DNA of 64,000 nt from Octopus vulgaris (taxonomy: Eukaryota): positions 171,058,001-171,122,000 of the forward strand of contig OX597814.1 in assembly GCA_951406725.2 (NCBI GenBank), written 5' to 3'. Under the pieces are notes generated by a model. It was not told the origin of the DNA. It was given only the letters and a program-made list of their open reading frames with translations, and searched no databases. The first letter of the stretch is position 1. Every line of letters starts with the position of its first letter. Shown here piece after piece: positions 26,623 through 37,955 of this stretch. A program made the position numbers and the translations under genes.

Positions 26623-26759
26623 ACTATCAAACTAATTCATGAGCATACAAGTGGTGGGAGATGATATTAGTCACTTGGATAAAAAATGACCATGCTTCTT
26701 TTCTCTTTTAATAATGCTTGTTGTTCCTGTTCTTGTTATTTGTGCTGTTGTTTACTTTG

Positions 26760-27250
26760 TATAATGACATGCATAAGATCTGGTCATCAAATCTAAGTAG
26801 AGGCTTCAAACTTGAAATCTTCAAAGCCACAGTCGAACCAATTCTACTATATGGCTCAGAAACCTGGACGTTATCAAAGAAGCTTGAGCGGCGGTTGGAT
26901 GGAACCTACACTCGCCTCCTTATGAGAGCTCAAAATCTCTCGTGGAAGCGCCATCCAACCAAAATGCAAATATATGGGAAACTACCACCTGTGCCATCCC
27001 TTGTGAAAGGTAGGAGAGTCCAGTTTGCTGGACATTGTTGTAGAGCTGAAAAAGAAGTAATTTCTACTCTTCTCCTCTGGAAGCCATCTACTCGCAACAC
27101 CAGAGGGCGCACACTCTCCTACCCTGATGTAATCTCCAGGGATACAGACATCCAGCAACAGGACCTCCGTAATGCCATGATGGACCGTGAAGTCTGGCGT
27201 AGCATGGTAAATTCCATTGTCTCGACCACGGTCGAACAATGATGATGATA
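26760..27250 (+). mobile_element. RTE-clade LINE, 5'-truncated, C-terminal ORF intact
   Basis: IWSSNLS..KLEIFKATVEPILLYGSETWTL..RRVQFAGHCCR..MMDREVWR is typical RTE C-terminal sequence; the stop runs into a (TGA)n tail. Confidence 0.9.
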
Positions 27251-28105
27251 ACAGTAAGGGGAGAGGGTTGCAAGTACATCACTATCTACCCACATTTTCC
27301 CCATCCACATCTTTACCATATGCGGCCCCTAACAAAATCTGATGATAGATATAGATGCAAATCTATCTAATTACTTGTCTCCTACTAAAAATCAGGCACA
27401 ACTTTGCGATCGGTCGACATCGTTCTTCGTCTTGAGTGTGTTTATTAACTTGACATGGTCAAAGTGAGCTCTGATTGACTGTATGCAAATGAGTTCATTA
27501 CTGGGGTCCGGAACTATCGTGGAGAACCGCGATGTTCACAGCAAAGAATTCATTGGTTTATTCGCCTGTTGGCTCAAGTGTTAAAGCTAATCCTAAACGA
27601 CAAAATTTGAATAATGTGACAGTTGTCAAACTCTATATTGAATACCATAGCAACAATACATAACTTTTCAAAACGGTGTGTAACCTCACTAATTTTTCGT
27701 TTCAAGCATGTTTCTTCAGACCTATCATCTATTCCTTTATCTGTCTACATATGTGTGCAATGCCAAAAAAAAAAAAAAAAAAAAAAAAAAATCGCGTCTC
27801 GTGTGTCGAAGAAAACCTTGTACGAAACACTGATAATTTTTCTCCACAACGGTATTAAATCCGTCGGGACACAGAGGACATTTTATATAATCGATAAAGA
27901 CACCATTGCTCTGTTACTATTGTTTTCAAACATTTAAGAAACGTTATGTTTACATCGATCGGCCCCAACAATTACGGAGGAGGTAACAAGTCGATTACAA
28001 CGACCCCAATGATCAACTGATGCTTATTTTCTCGACTCCGAACGGATGAAAGGCAAAGTCGATCTCGGCGATATTTGAACCAAGAAGGTAAGGACAGACG
28101 AAATA

Positions 28106-28343
28106 CCTATTTCTATTTCTTTACTACCCACAAGGGGCTAAATACAGAGAGGACAAACAAGGACAGACAAACGGATTAAGTCGATTACATCGACCTCAGT
28201 GCATAACTGGTACTTAATTTATCGACCCCGAAAGAACGAAAGGCAAAGTCGACCTCGGCGGAATTTGAACTCAGAACGTGACAGCAGACGAAATACTGCT
28301 AAGCATTTTACCCGGCGTGCTAACGTTTCTGTCAGCTCGCCGT
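28106..28343 (-). mobile_element. Family B SINE, full length
   Basis: Reverse complement of the family B consensus; an older fragment is adjacent at about 27985-28105. Confidence 0.9.
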
Positions 28344-28929
28344 CTTGATAATATACACAGATGTTTATATAATGAGTTGTGCATATCAAAATATGAACAG
28401 AATTAAAAGTGAATCCTACATAAACGTACATTTGAGTAGGTAAGAATAAATGGGAAATAACACGTGGATTAATGCCAGAAGGCGGCATGCCCATACACAC
28501 AGACGCAAACACAAATGCTGCACCAGAACCTTACACCGTGTTCTTTTGTTCAAGTCATTCGATTGATTACACCAGAACCAAGATAAAACAAAAATAGTTA
28601 ACAAATACAATTAATATTAAATCATTGAGTGCAAACAGAAAGACACACGCATACACACAGTTGCGATTCACTATATGAGACATTATGTGGTATAAATTTA
28701 AGATGGACTTTGAATTTACAGCTAATATTTAGGAAACCCACGCCTATGTGTATTCATTCAGCTGCTTCTAAAGCTATGTTGTTAGCGGTTTGTTATTGTT
28801 CTGTCGGTGGAAATCGAACGTAAAGTGATGCAGCTAAACACTTATCTACCACTACATCTGCTACGTCCTTTCATTAATAATCCTTACTATTAAACGCATA
28901 CGGCTGGGAATTTTGGGGTATGACACTAA

Positions 28930-29618
28930 TCGATTATATCGACCCCAGTGGTGGTGATGAAGATGACTTCAAATTTTGACAGAAGGCCAGCAATTTCGGG
29001 AGAGGGGATAAATCGATTATATCCACCCCAGTGATCAACTGGTATCATCAATTGGTACTTATTTTATCGACTCCGAAAGGATTAAAGGCGAAGTAGACTT
29101 CGGCGGAATTTGAACTAAGAACGTAAAGACGGATGAAATGTCGCTAAGCATTTTGTCCAGCGTGCTAACGTTTCTGCCAGCTCGCCGCCATACTAACAAA
29201 GCCTGATGGGGAACGGACTAGTCGATTCACTGGTACTTAATTTATCGACCTCGAAAGGATGAAAAGTAAAGTCAACCTCGGCGGAATTTGAACTCAGAAC
29301 GTAGCGACGGGTGGTAATTCGCCCGTCGCTACGTTCTGGGTCCAAATTCCGCCGAGGTCGCTAAGCACTTCGCCCGGCCGCAAAAGATTCTTATTTCTTT
29401 ATTGCCCACAGGGGGCTAAACATAGAGGGGACAAACAAGGAAAAAAGGATTAAGACGATTACAGCGACCCCAGTGCGTAACTGGTACTTAATTTATCGAC
29501 CCCGAAAGGATGAAAGGCAAAGTCGACCTCGGCGGAATTTGAACTCAGAACGTAGAGACAGACGAAATACTGCTAAGCATTTCGCCCGGCGTGCTAACGT
29601 TTCTGCCAGCTCGCAGCC
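28930..29618 (-). mobile_element. Cluster of three family B SINEs (one with internal inverted duplication)
   Basis: ggtacttaatttatcgac..gaaaggatgaaaggcaaagtcgacctcggcggaatttgaac recurs at about 29053, 29232 and 29482. Confidence 0.88.
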
Positions 29619-29620
29619 TT

Positions 29621-30110
29621 AATAATAATTTCTTTTATTAGCCACAGAGATAAAGGGAGCATCACAAGGAGAGAGAACCTTTTGTGTGCGGATTTACATA
29701 AAGGATGTAGAAAAGACGGTGAAAAGCGATTAGAGTGTATATAATATACAAAGTATGTAATAATATGAATAACGCGGTCCTCTTGAAATAGGAGAAACCC
29801 CAGCTAGGGCCAATCAAGGAACCTCACAGAATTACCCTGACCACCGAAGGTACGAGCCCTTTCTCCTGCTCTCCAATCTACAGGCGCATACTCAGAGGAG
29901 GACCATTCACTGTAACTGTTTTTATCTCAGTCATCCATCTTTTTCACAAATTCAATTGGAGGTAGCACTTCCCTCTCTATCCTCATTTTCCTTTTCAAGT
30001 GGAACTTCAAAAAGTCAATGAGAGCCTGACCGAAGAAGGAGGTGTCTTTCTCCAATCCTTTAAGGCCTCATCCATGAACCACACAACCGCTTTCGCCATC
30101 CCTGTGCCAA
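29621..30110 (-). mobile_element. Decayed L1/Tx1-like LINE 3' end
   Basis: Minus strand gives MAKAVVW.. and, after a frameshift, GQALIDFLKFHLKRKMRIEREVLPPIEFVK, followed by a UTR ending aataaaagaaattattatt. Confidence 0.5.
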
Positions 30111-30398
30111 TAGTAACAACTATAGGTACATGGCTTGGAATTTCGAGGGGAGAGGGGGAAGCTAGTCGATTGCATCGACCCCCTAGAGTTCAACTGGTTG
30201 AGCTTGAAAGATATGAAAAACGAAAGTCAACCTCGTCGGAAATTGATCTCAGAATGTAAGGGAAACGGAAGAAATGCCGCTTAGTGGTAACGGTAATAAT
30301 CGCTTCTAATATAGGCATAAGACTAGAAATTTACAGTTCCAACGGTACAATCAATTAAATCAATCTCAATACTCGACAAATATATTTTTTTTATCATG

Positions 30399-30563
30399 GG
30401 CGTAGGAGTGGCTGTGTGGTAAGTGGCTTGATTACCAATCATATGGTTCCGGGTACAGTACCACTGCGTGGCACCTTGGGCAAGTGTCTTTTACCATAGC
30501 CTCGGGTTGACCAAAGACTTATGAGTGGATTTGGTAGACGGAAACTTAAAGAAGCCCGTCGTG

Positions 30564-30598
<35 letters not shown>

Positions 30599-30796
30599 CT
30601 GTCCCCTCCCAACGTCGCTTCACAACCGATGCTGGTGTGCTTACGTCCTCATTACTTAGCGGTTCGGCAAAAGCAACCGATAGAATAAAGTAGTAGGCTT
30701 ACAAAGAATAAGTCCCGGGGGTCGATTTGCTCGACTAAAAGGCGGTGCTCCAGCATGGCCACAGTCAAATGACTGAAACAAGTAAGAGAGTAAAAG
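30399..30796 (+). mobile_element. Family A SINE, full length
   Basis: ggcgtaggagtggctgtgtggtaag ... gactgaaacaagtaagagag. Confidence 0.92.
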
Positions 30797-30921
30797 TGTA
30801 ATTCTGGTAGAATGAAAGGCAAAGCTGACCGCAGTGAGATTTGAACTTGAACCATAAAAGAGAGAACAAATACAAGGAATGTTGTCTGACGATAACGTCT
30901 TTGGTCCAGACACGAGGCTTT

Positions 30922-30986
<65 letters not shown>

Positions 30987-31440
30987 GTGATGGTGGGAGT
31001 CGGTCGATAAAATGGGTTCCATATAAAAGGCGTGCAATAAAAGAGCTACAATAGACAGACATATGTTCTATACATAGAACACTAGAATCAAATCAATCAA
31101 ATCGATTGACCGACCGAGCGATCAATCAATCGAATGACTTGAACAAAAGAACACGATGACAATTACAAATATTCGATTCTTGTTAGTTTTGCGTATAAGA
31201 ACTATTGACTGAGCTCACAGCTGTTTGGCCGAATCCAGGTAGGCGCCCACGAAGAGGATAAGAGTAAAAGTGCTGATGGTGGTGGGGGGGGGAATATTTA
31301 CAAACCAGTGGGATACGATAGTAGTTTATCAATAAAATAACTTGTCTTGCTACCAGCGAATGATAACCACACTAAAACAGGATGGAAAGAAACTTGATTT
31401 AAATACCCAATTTGAAAGAAATTTTGCTTTTTTTTAGTAT

Positions 31441-31669
31441 CTATTTCTTTACTACCCACAAGGGGCTAAACACAGAGGGGACAAACAAGGACAGACAAAC
31501 GGATCAAGTCGATTACACTGACCCCAGTGCGTAACTGGTACTTAATTTATCGACCCCGAAAGGATGAAAGGCAAAGTCAACCTCCTCGGCGGAATTTGAA
31601 CTCAGAACGTAACGGCAGAAGAAATACGGCTACGCATTTCGCCCGGCGTGCTAACAGTTCTGCCAGCTT
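31441..31669 (-). mobile_element. Family B SINE
   Basis: Reverse complement of the family B consensus. Confidence 0.9.
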
Positions 31670-32195
31670 GCAAGAGTGATAGGTAACACAGTCACCTGGT
31701 ATGAAAAGGTGTAATGGTTCGAGTTCCGGGCACTACAGTAGGTTTTTTTTTTTTTTTTTTTTTTTCACCTTTATCTCATATTTGTGCTTCTGACATCTAA
31801 TATCATTTTACATTCTGCATCACAGCAGTTTAAATTCATTCACAAATGACCGACTTTGTCAGCATACAATAAGTAACACAAGAAATCCCGCCCACCACCT
31901 TTTCCATTCTTTTGTTTCAACAAATACAGGAACAAAATGATTTAGCTATGGTAGACGAAACGGAGAAAAGCATTTTTTTTTTTTTTTTACCCAACTAAAT
32001 TTTTCTTACGACCGCTAAACACCTGGGATGATAACTGACTTCTTTCTAAATCGTTAATAAATTAAAATAAGAAAAACACAGAATAATCCTTACCCAGAGC
32101 TACATAACAAATCTGGGATAAGATGTTTCATTTTGCATAGCTTAGTATACAGTTAGATATTACAGTAAAACCGGATTGAGCAAAATTAATTGACC

Positions 32196-32601
32196 GGATC
32201 TTTTCGGTTTGAACGGCAGTTTTTAAAATAATTTCTAGGTAACTAAAACACTTTTAAACTTTGTATACAGGTAGAATGTGTTTATAAAACATCTTTTTCT
32301 CTTGGCTTTATTGAGAAAATTCTACAGTTTGTAAGATATTTGTTGTTTTTCTTCAATTTCTGCAATTTCAACCAATCACTGACGTCCATTGAGGTAAACA
32401 ACATTCTGTGCCGTATGAATATGTCCCTCGTTTAAGAAACAGATTGGGTTTATTTACATTTGTGAAGAAAAAAAAAAGATACCCTTCCCCCACCCCTAAC
32501 CCTAAAACAGATTGAAATGCAATAGATCGATACTAGGGTCATAATTATGGGTGACAATTTCATATGACACCGCTAGAAAAAACTGCCATTCAAACCGAAA
32601 A
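32196..32601. mobile_element. MITE-like element with 24-bp TIRs and internal CCCTAACCCTAA
   Basis: ttttcggtttgaacggcagttttt (32201-32224) versus aaaaactgccattcaaaccgaaaa (32578-32601), one mismatch. Confidence 0.75.
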
Positions 32602-33187
32602 TGAAAAGAAAAAGAAATGGCCCGCAACGAGGTATTAACTAAAGAAAGACTACAAAGAAACCACACGGATGATTTTTTTTTTTTTTACCTCAAGCTAGTC
32701 TTAAATATAAAATGAAATTTAACAGCAATAACAATGACGATTTTGGCGTTGGGACCCTGTGACATATTTGGGGGTTCAGCAATAATCGATCTTAGGAATT
32801 AACTGCAGTGTTTAATTGGTACATATTTTAAACAAGGCGTCATCGCGAGAGGAACCGAACTATGAAGTTAAAAAAGAAAACAAAAAGGATTGGACAGGCG
32901 AAAGCTAAGTTGAGGGGGCGAGTATAATAATGATGATTTTCTCGGGATAATTTTATCGAGGCAGAAAAAAAAAAGGAAGATAAAGATGAAAAATAAAAGA
33001 AAATATATTGAGCTTAAGGCGAGGAATTTGCCCGGAAATGGAGCACCAAATCGTAGCCAGTGTAAAATTGGTAATATTATTGTCGATACAATGCAAAGAA
33101 AATAATACTGCAACACACACACTTCTCTGAAAAAAATGTTCAGCCACTGAAGCCGTTCTATGTTCTATCTATACATGATACATCATA

Positions 33188-33241
<54 letters not shown>

Positions 33242-33365
33242 TAAGGGTACGAAGAAATTTTTATAACATACTATTACACACAAATAAGATTACATTATTT
33301 CACATTTAAAAAAAAAATTTCCTTTTTTCGTAGCATAAAAATGTAAACTTTCAAAATAACCTTAC

Positions 33366-33439
33366 CTGTTTTTTCCTTGATTTCGCATAAAACACTGAAT
33401 AAAGCAGGTTTCATACGATGACAGTTTAGCGTGTGTTTC
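33366..33439 (-). CDS. PBX: Internal coding exon (equivalent to exon 2) of PBX/extradenticle TALE homeobox gene, PBC-A domain
   Basis: Minus strand reads ...ttttttcttccttccag|G AAA CAC ACG CTA AAC TGT CAT CGT ATG AAA CCT GCT TTA TTC AGT GTT TTA TGC GAA ATC AAG GAA AAA ACA G|gtaagg = (R)[24 protein letters not shown]. Near-identical to PBX1 [24 protein letters not shown] as I recall it; 74 nt, phase 2/phase 1, strong polypyrimidine acceptor and GTAAG donor. Confidence 0.97.
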
Positions 33440-33789
33440 CTGGAAGGAAGAAAAAAACAGAGAGAACTTAGAGTTATTAAAAAGAAGAAGGGAAAAAAAA
33501 AAAAAGATATTGTATAACAGATTAACAGTAACACAATTCACGCTATATACAAAATAAAGGGGGGAAAAAAACCAATCTCAATAAAGTTAAAACAACTGGA
33601 TACATACAATGTTAAAATTTATCGCATGCAGCAAAAATATTTATTTATTTCTGCTGGCGTATACTGTGTAATAATTAAGTTTATGTTGTTTGTACACTAA
33701 CATGCATTGTTCGTGTGCGTGACAGAGATGCACGTGTATGCAACTGCTTGTGTGTGTGTGCGTGAGCGCGTATATATATATATATATTT

Positions 33790-34150
33790 ACTCTTTTACT
33801 AGTTAGTCATTTGACTGCGGCCATGCTGGAGCACCGCCGCCTTCAGTCGAGCAAATCGACCCCCCGGGACTTATTCTTTGTAAGCCCAGTACTTATTCTA
33901 TCGGTCTCTTTTGCCGAACCGCTAAGTGACGGGGACGTAAACACAAAGCAATGCTAGAGGGACAAACACATACACACACATATATATATATATATATACG
34001 ACAGGCTTCTTTCAGTTTCCGTCTACCAAATCCACTCACAACGCATTGGTCGGCTCGGGGCTATAGTAGAAGACACTTGCCCATGATTCCACGCAGTGGG
34101 ACTGAACTCGGAACGATGTGGTTGGTAAACAAGCTACTTACCCACAGCCA
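33790..34150 (-). mobile_element. Family A SINE about 350 bp upstream of the PBX exon
   Basis: Reverse complement of the family A consensus, head slightly truncated. Confidence 0.9.
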
Positions 34151-34258
34151 TATATATATATACTATTATGCGTTTCAGCATAAAGGCTGTGGCCATGCTG
34201 GGTCACCACCGGTTTAGTGAGATACTTAAATCGCCTAGGTTTCCAGGCGCACATTGAC

Positions 34259-34634
34259 GGGGGTCCCACAAAGAAATGTTATTAAGCAGCATTTGAGTTC
34301 AGGGCAGGGAGAGCCGAGGAAGGAAGGATCTGTGAGTACCTGAGGGTCCCCTCAACCCGTCGAACGGTTCCAAATGCAAGGGGGGTCCTACAAAGAAATG
34401 TTATTAAGCAGCATTTAGCAGCATTTGAGTTCAGGGCAGGGAGAGCCGAGGAAGGAAGGATCTGTGAATATCTGAGGGTCCCCTCAACCCGTCGAACGGT
34501 TCCAAATGCAAGGGGGGTCCTACAAAGAAATGTTATTAAGCAGCATTTGAGTTCAGGGCAGGGAGAGCCGAGGAAGGAAGGATCCGTGAATATCTGAGGG
34601 TCCCCTCAACCCGTCGAATGGTTCCAAATGCAAG
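34259..34634. repeat. GC-richer minisatellite, 3 copies of ~122 bp
   Basis: ggggtcc(c/t)acaaagaaatgttattaagcagcatttgagttcagggcagggagagccgaggaaggaaggatc..gagggtcccctcaacccgtcgaacggttccaaatgcaag three times; copy 2 has a 10-bp internal duplication. Confidence 0.95.
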
Positions 34635-34763
34635 TCTCTCAGAGGCCCTTTCTTTATACATAAGCACACATATATAATACCGGCACACACACAATGACAG
34701 AATACATTTCTGACTATAATTGATATCGAGACTTTATATCAGTAAAAGTTTATTTAACACTAA

Positions 34764-34796
<33 letters not shown>

Positions 34797-34951
34797 CACA
34801 TGAACAGGGCAGTCTTTGGCCGAGGGATTTTTCAGTTATCCAAACTCTGAACATAAGACATCTAACTAGCAGAAATCAAGAGGTCCAAAGATTATATTTG
34901 CAAAGAAGTGCTTACGCCGAACCTGAGGGTGGGGATATATACGCTGCATTG

Positions 34952-35010
<59 letters not shown>

Positions 35011-35052
35011 AAATACAACATGGACAAGAACGTATAACTCTTAGAAGACGAC

Positions 35053-35100
<48 letters not shown>

Positions 35101-35355
35101 GCGAGATGTACATATGTAAAACACCCACACAAACTAACCTATTCCGACACGCACAAAAGGGGGGGAAATATTTATACAGACCGACACGGTAGGTTTAAGT
35201 GGGTGTATAAATAAGTATAGAAGAAATCAATCAGTTACAGGGATTCGTTAGAATCTTAGTATTTGAACATTCGAGATGGCGGGAAGGGGTCGAGTCCCAC
35301 ACATACGTACACGTATCGTACATATACATACTACCTTATACATGTATTAGAATAT

Positions 35356-35741
35356 GTGGCTGTGTGGTAAGTAGCTTGCTAACCAACCACAGTTCCGGGT
35401 TCAGTCCCACTGCGTGGCATCTTGGGCAAGTGTCTTCTGCTATAGCCCCGGGCCGACCAATGCCTTGTGAGTGGATTTGGTAGACGGAAACTGAAAGAAG
35501 CCTGTCGTATATATATGTATATATATATGTGTGTGTATGTTTGTGTGTCTGTGTTTGTCCCCCTAGCATTGCTTGACAACTGATGCTGGTGTGTTTACGT
35601 CCCCGTCACTTAGCGGTTCGGCAAAAAGAGACCGATAGAATAAGTACTGGGCTTACAAAGAATAAGTCCCGGGGTCGATCTGCTCGACTAAAGGCGGTGC
35701 TCCAGCATGGCCACAGTCAAATGACTGAAACAAGTAAAAGA

Positions 35742-35743
<2 letters not shown>
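35356..35743 (+). mobile_element. Family A SINE
   Basis: Matches the consensus; inverted relative to the 33790 copy. Confidence 0.92.
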
Positions 35744-35788
<45 letters not shown>

Positions 35789-35994
35789 ATTAAGAATGGA
35801 TTCGTAAGGGAAACTATCTACAGGGTGATTCATAGCTTCGTACGGATAAACAAGCTATAAATGTAATTAATGATTATGCCCCGAGTGCAGCCGGTGTGAT
35901 TATGTTATGTATTGCTGACTTCGCGAGATTTTTGAATGCCAAACAATAATATAAATAATATACTATTTGAGAGACTCGTTTAGTCAGATCCACA

Positions 35995-36058
<64 letters not shown>

Positions 36059-37001
36059 GCTTCTGCATGTTCATACACGCACTCAGGTACGTGTATGCAC
36101 GCACACACACACATATATATACATATTTCTATAAGCAAATATATACATGCATACATATACATCTGTATATGCGAACATATATACATGTGTATGTAAATAG
36201 GCATATATGCATAAATAATATATATATATATATATAAATATATACATATATGCATATACATACATATAAGCATATACATACATATATATACATATATGCA
36301 TATATATACATATATGCATATATATACATATATGCATATATATACATATATATACATATATGCATATATATACATACATATGTATATGTAATATATATAG
36401 ATGGCGGTGCCCCAGCATGGCCACAGCTCATAAGCTGAAACTAGAATCAATCAATCAATCATAGATGTATATATATATGTATATGGTCACACACACACAC
36501 ATATATATATATATATGCATATATATGCACCCACACACACACATATATATATATATGCATATATATGCACCCACACACACACATATACATACATACACAC
36601 GCATATGTGGGTACAGGATGTCACAAACAATAAATAACATGCATATATATATATATATGCATATCAATGTGCATACACGCACACAAGTACGTAGATATCA
36701 ACACACGCACGTAATTGTCTTAGCAAATATTCATGCATTTAACATATACATACATATATATATATGATTAGGTGGGTATGTATACATGCCTGTATAATTT
36801 GCATATGTGTATGTATGTATGTGTCTTCCCATACATATAAAAATGTAGAGGAAGGCAGAATACATACAGATAGATGAAAATGGACACGGAGAGAATATAT
36901 ATATACAAGCCAAATATATACACGGATTTTCATCTAAGTCTTGTGTAAAATAAACCATTCATAATGAACAATAAAAAAGCGCGGTTGGAGACCCCCCCCC
37001 C

Positions 37002-37059
<58 letters not shown>

Positions 37060-37063
<4 letters not shown>

Positions 37064-37164
37064 AGCTTCTACAGGACTAGAACTGTTTCATTCAAGAGAA
37101 ATCTTCAGGAAGCTCCTGAAGATTTCTCTTGAATGAAACAGTTCTAGTCCTGTAGAAGCTCCTT
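37060..37164. repeat. Perfect palindrome, 51-bp arms and 3-nt spacer (inverted Penelope-like end with hammerhead-like core)
   Basis: 37060-37110 is the exact reverse complement of 37114-37164. Each arm carries CTGAAGA..GAAAC..GTC; embedded between (TA)n tracts. Confidence 0.9.
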
Positions 37165-37244
37165 CTATATAATAAATTAATTTTACTCTGCTATGTATTG
37201 AGTACCTTATTTACTGTGGTTAACCTCCGAATCAACCCGGGACC

Positions 37245-37284
<40 letters not shown>

Positions 37285-37288
<4 letters not shown>

Positions 37289-37500
37289 ATCCAAACAAGC
37301 AAACACAGAAGAAAACAGAAAAAAACACAGCAACGCGAGGACGTGGAACAATTAAAGTATTATTTGACGCTCAGGAAAGAAGGGAAGGAGGGTTTAACGT
37401 TTCGAGCGGAGCTCTTCGTCGGAAACAAAGGAGAAGGAAAGATCCCGAGAAGGGAAGACAGAGGAAAAAATTTTTTTTTGCTGGTGGTGCTCAAGAGATC
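37285..37500 (-). mobile_element. Penelope-like remnant with minimal hammerhead motif
   Basis: Motif at 37392-37426 reads GTTT-CCGACGA-A-GAGC-TCC-GCTC-GAAA-C-GTT-AAAC on the minus strand; (TA)n on both sides. Confidence 0.7.
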
Positions 37501-37553
37501 ACTATATATATATATAATAGAGAGAGAGGGGAGAGAGAGAGAGAGAGAGAGAT

Positions 37554-37628
<75 letters not shown>

Positions 37629-37955
37629 GACTTCCCAGACATGATGGTCCGAAACCTCGTAATCTGCCCTAATTTATGAGCAGGAACTTCAAATTCCCAT
37701 GGCCGCCAGACTAGGTTATTAGGCGGCCCTGTTTCACTGTACCATTGTACGGTACAGCAGTACTAAAAAACTTTTATCATTTATACTAATGTACAGGTTA
37801 CCTGTACATTAGAAATAAATCCAATATTTATTTCATTCAGAGGGGACCAACACACTGCTTCGGAAAAAATCAGTGAAGGCTTTGGAGCCAAAAGGTTTCA
37901 AAAAATCGATGTGGTACTCGTATATACATACATATATGTGGGACAGATGAGTATA

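Larger units (their letters stand above)
1..33365 (-). other. PBX: Inferred PBX intron downstream of the exon (continues beyond window)
   Basis: Starts at the GTAAGG donor at 33365. No next-exon peptide (DPQLMRLDNML..EGVAGPEKGG) was seen by eye or in the ORF track. Confidence 0.65.

Noticed and set aside
26383-26700. snRNA/U6-type gene downstream of the octamer
   Set aside because: No recognisable PSE/TATA or snRNA body follows; the motif is part of an inverted repeat.
32094-32140. Possible 47-nt poison cassette exon on the minus strand (TGG|GTAAGG donor, in-frame TAG after the PBX exon)
   Set aside because: The acceptor lacks a polypyrimidine tract and such donors occur by chance; needs RNA-seq support.
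34259-34634. CRISPR-like array
   Set aside because: Eukaryotic context, contiguous ~122-bp units without unique spacers, no cas genes.
36446-36461. (ATCA)n matching the PBX consensus
   Set aside because: It is the simple-repeat tail of a retroposon 3' end.
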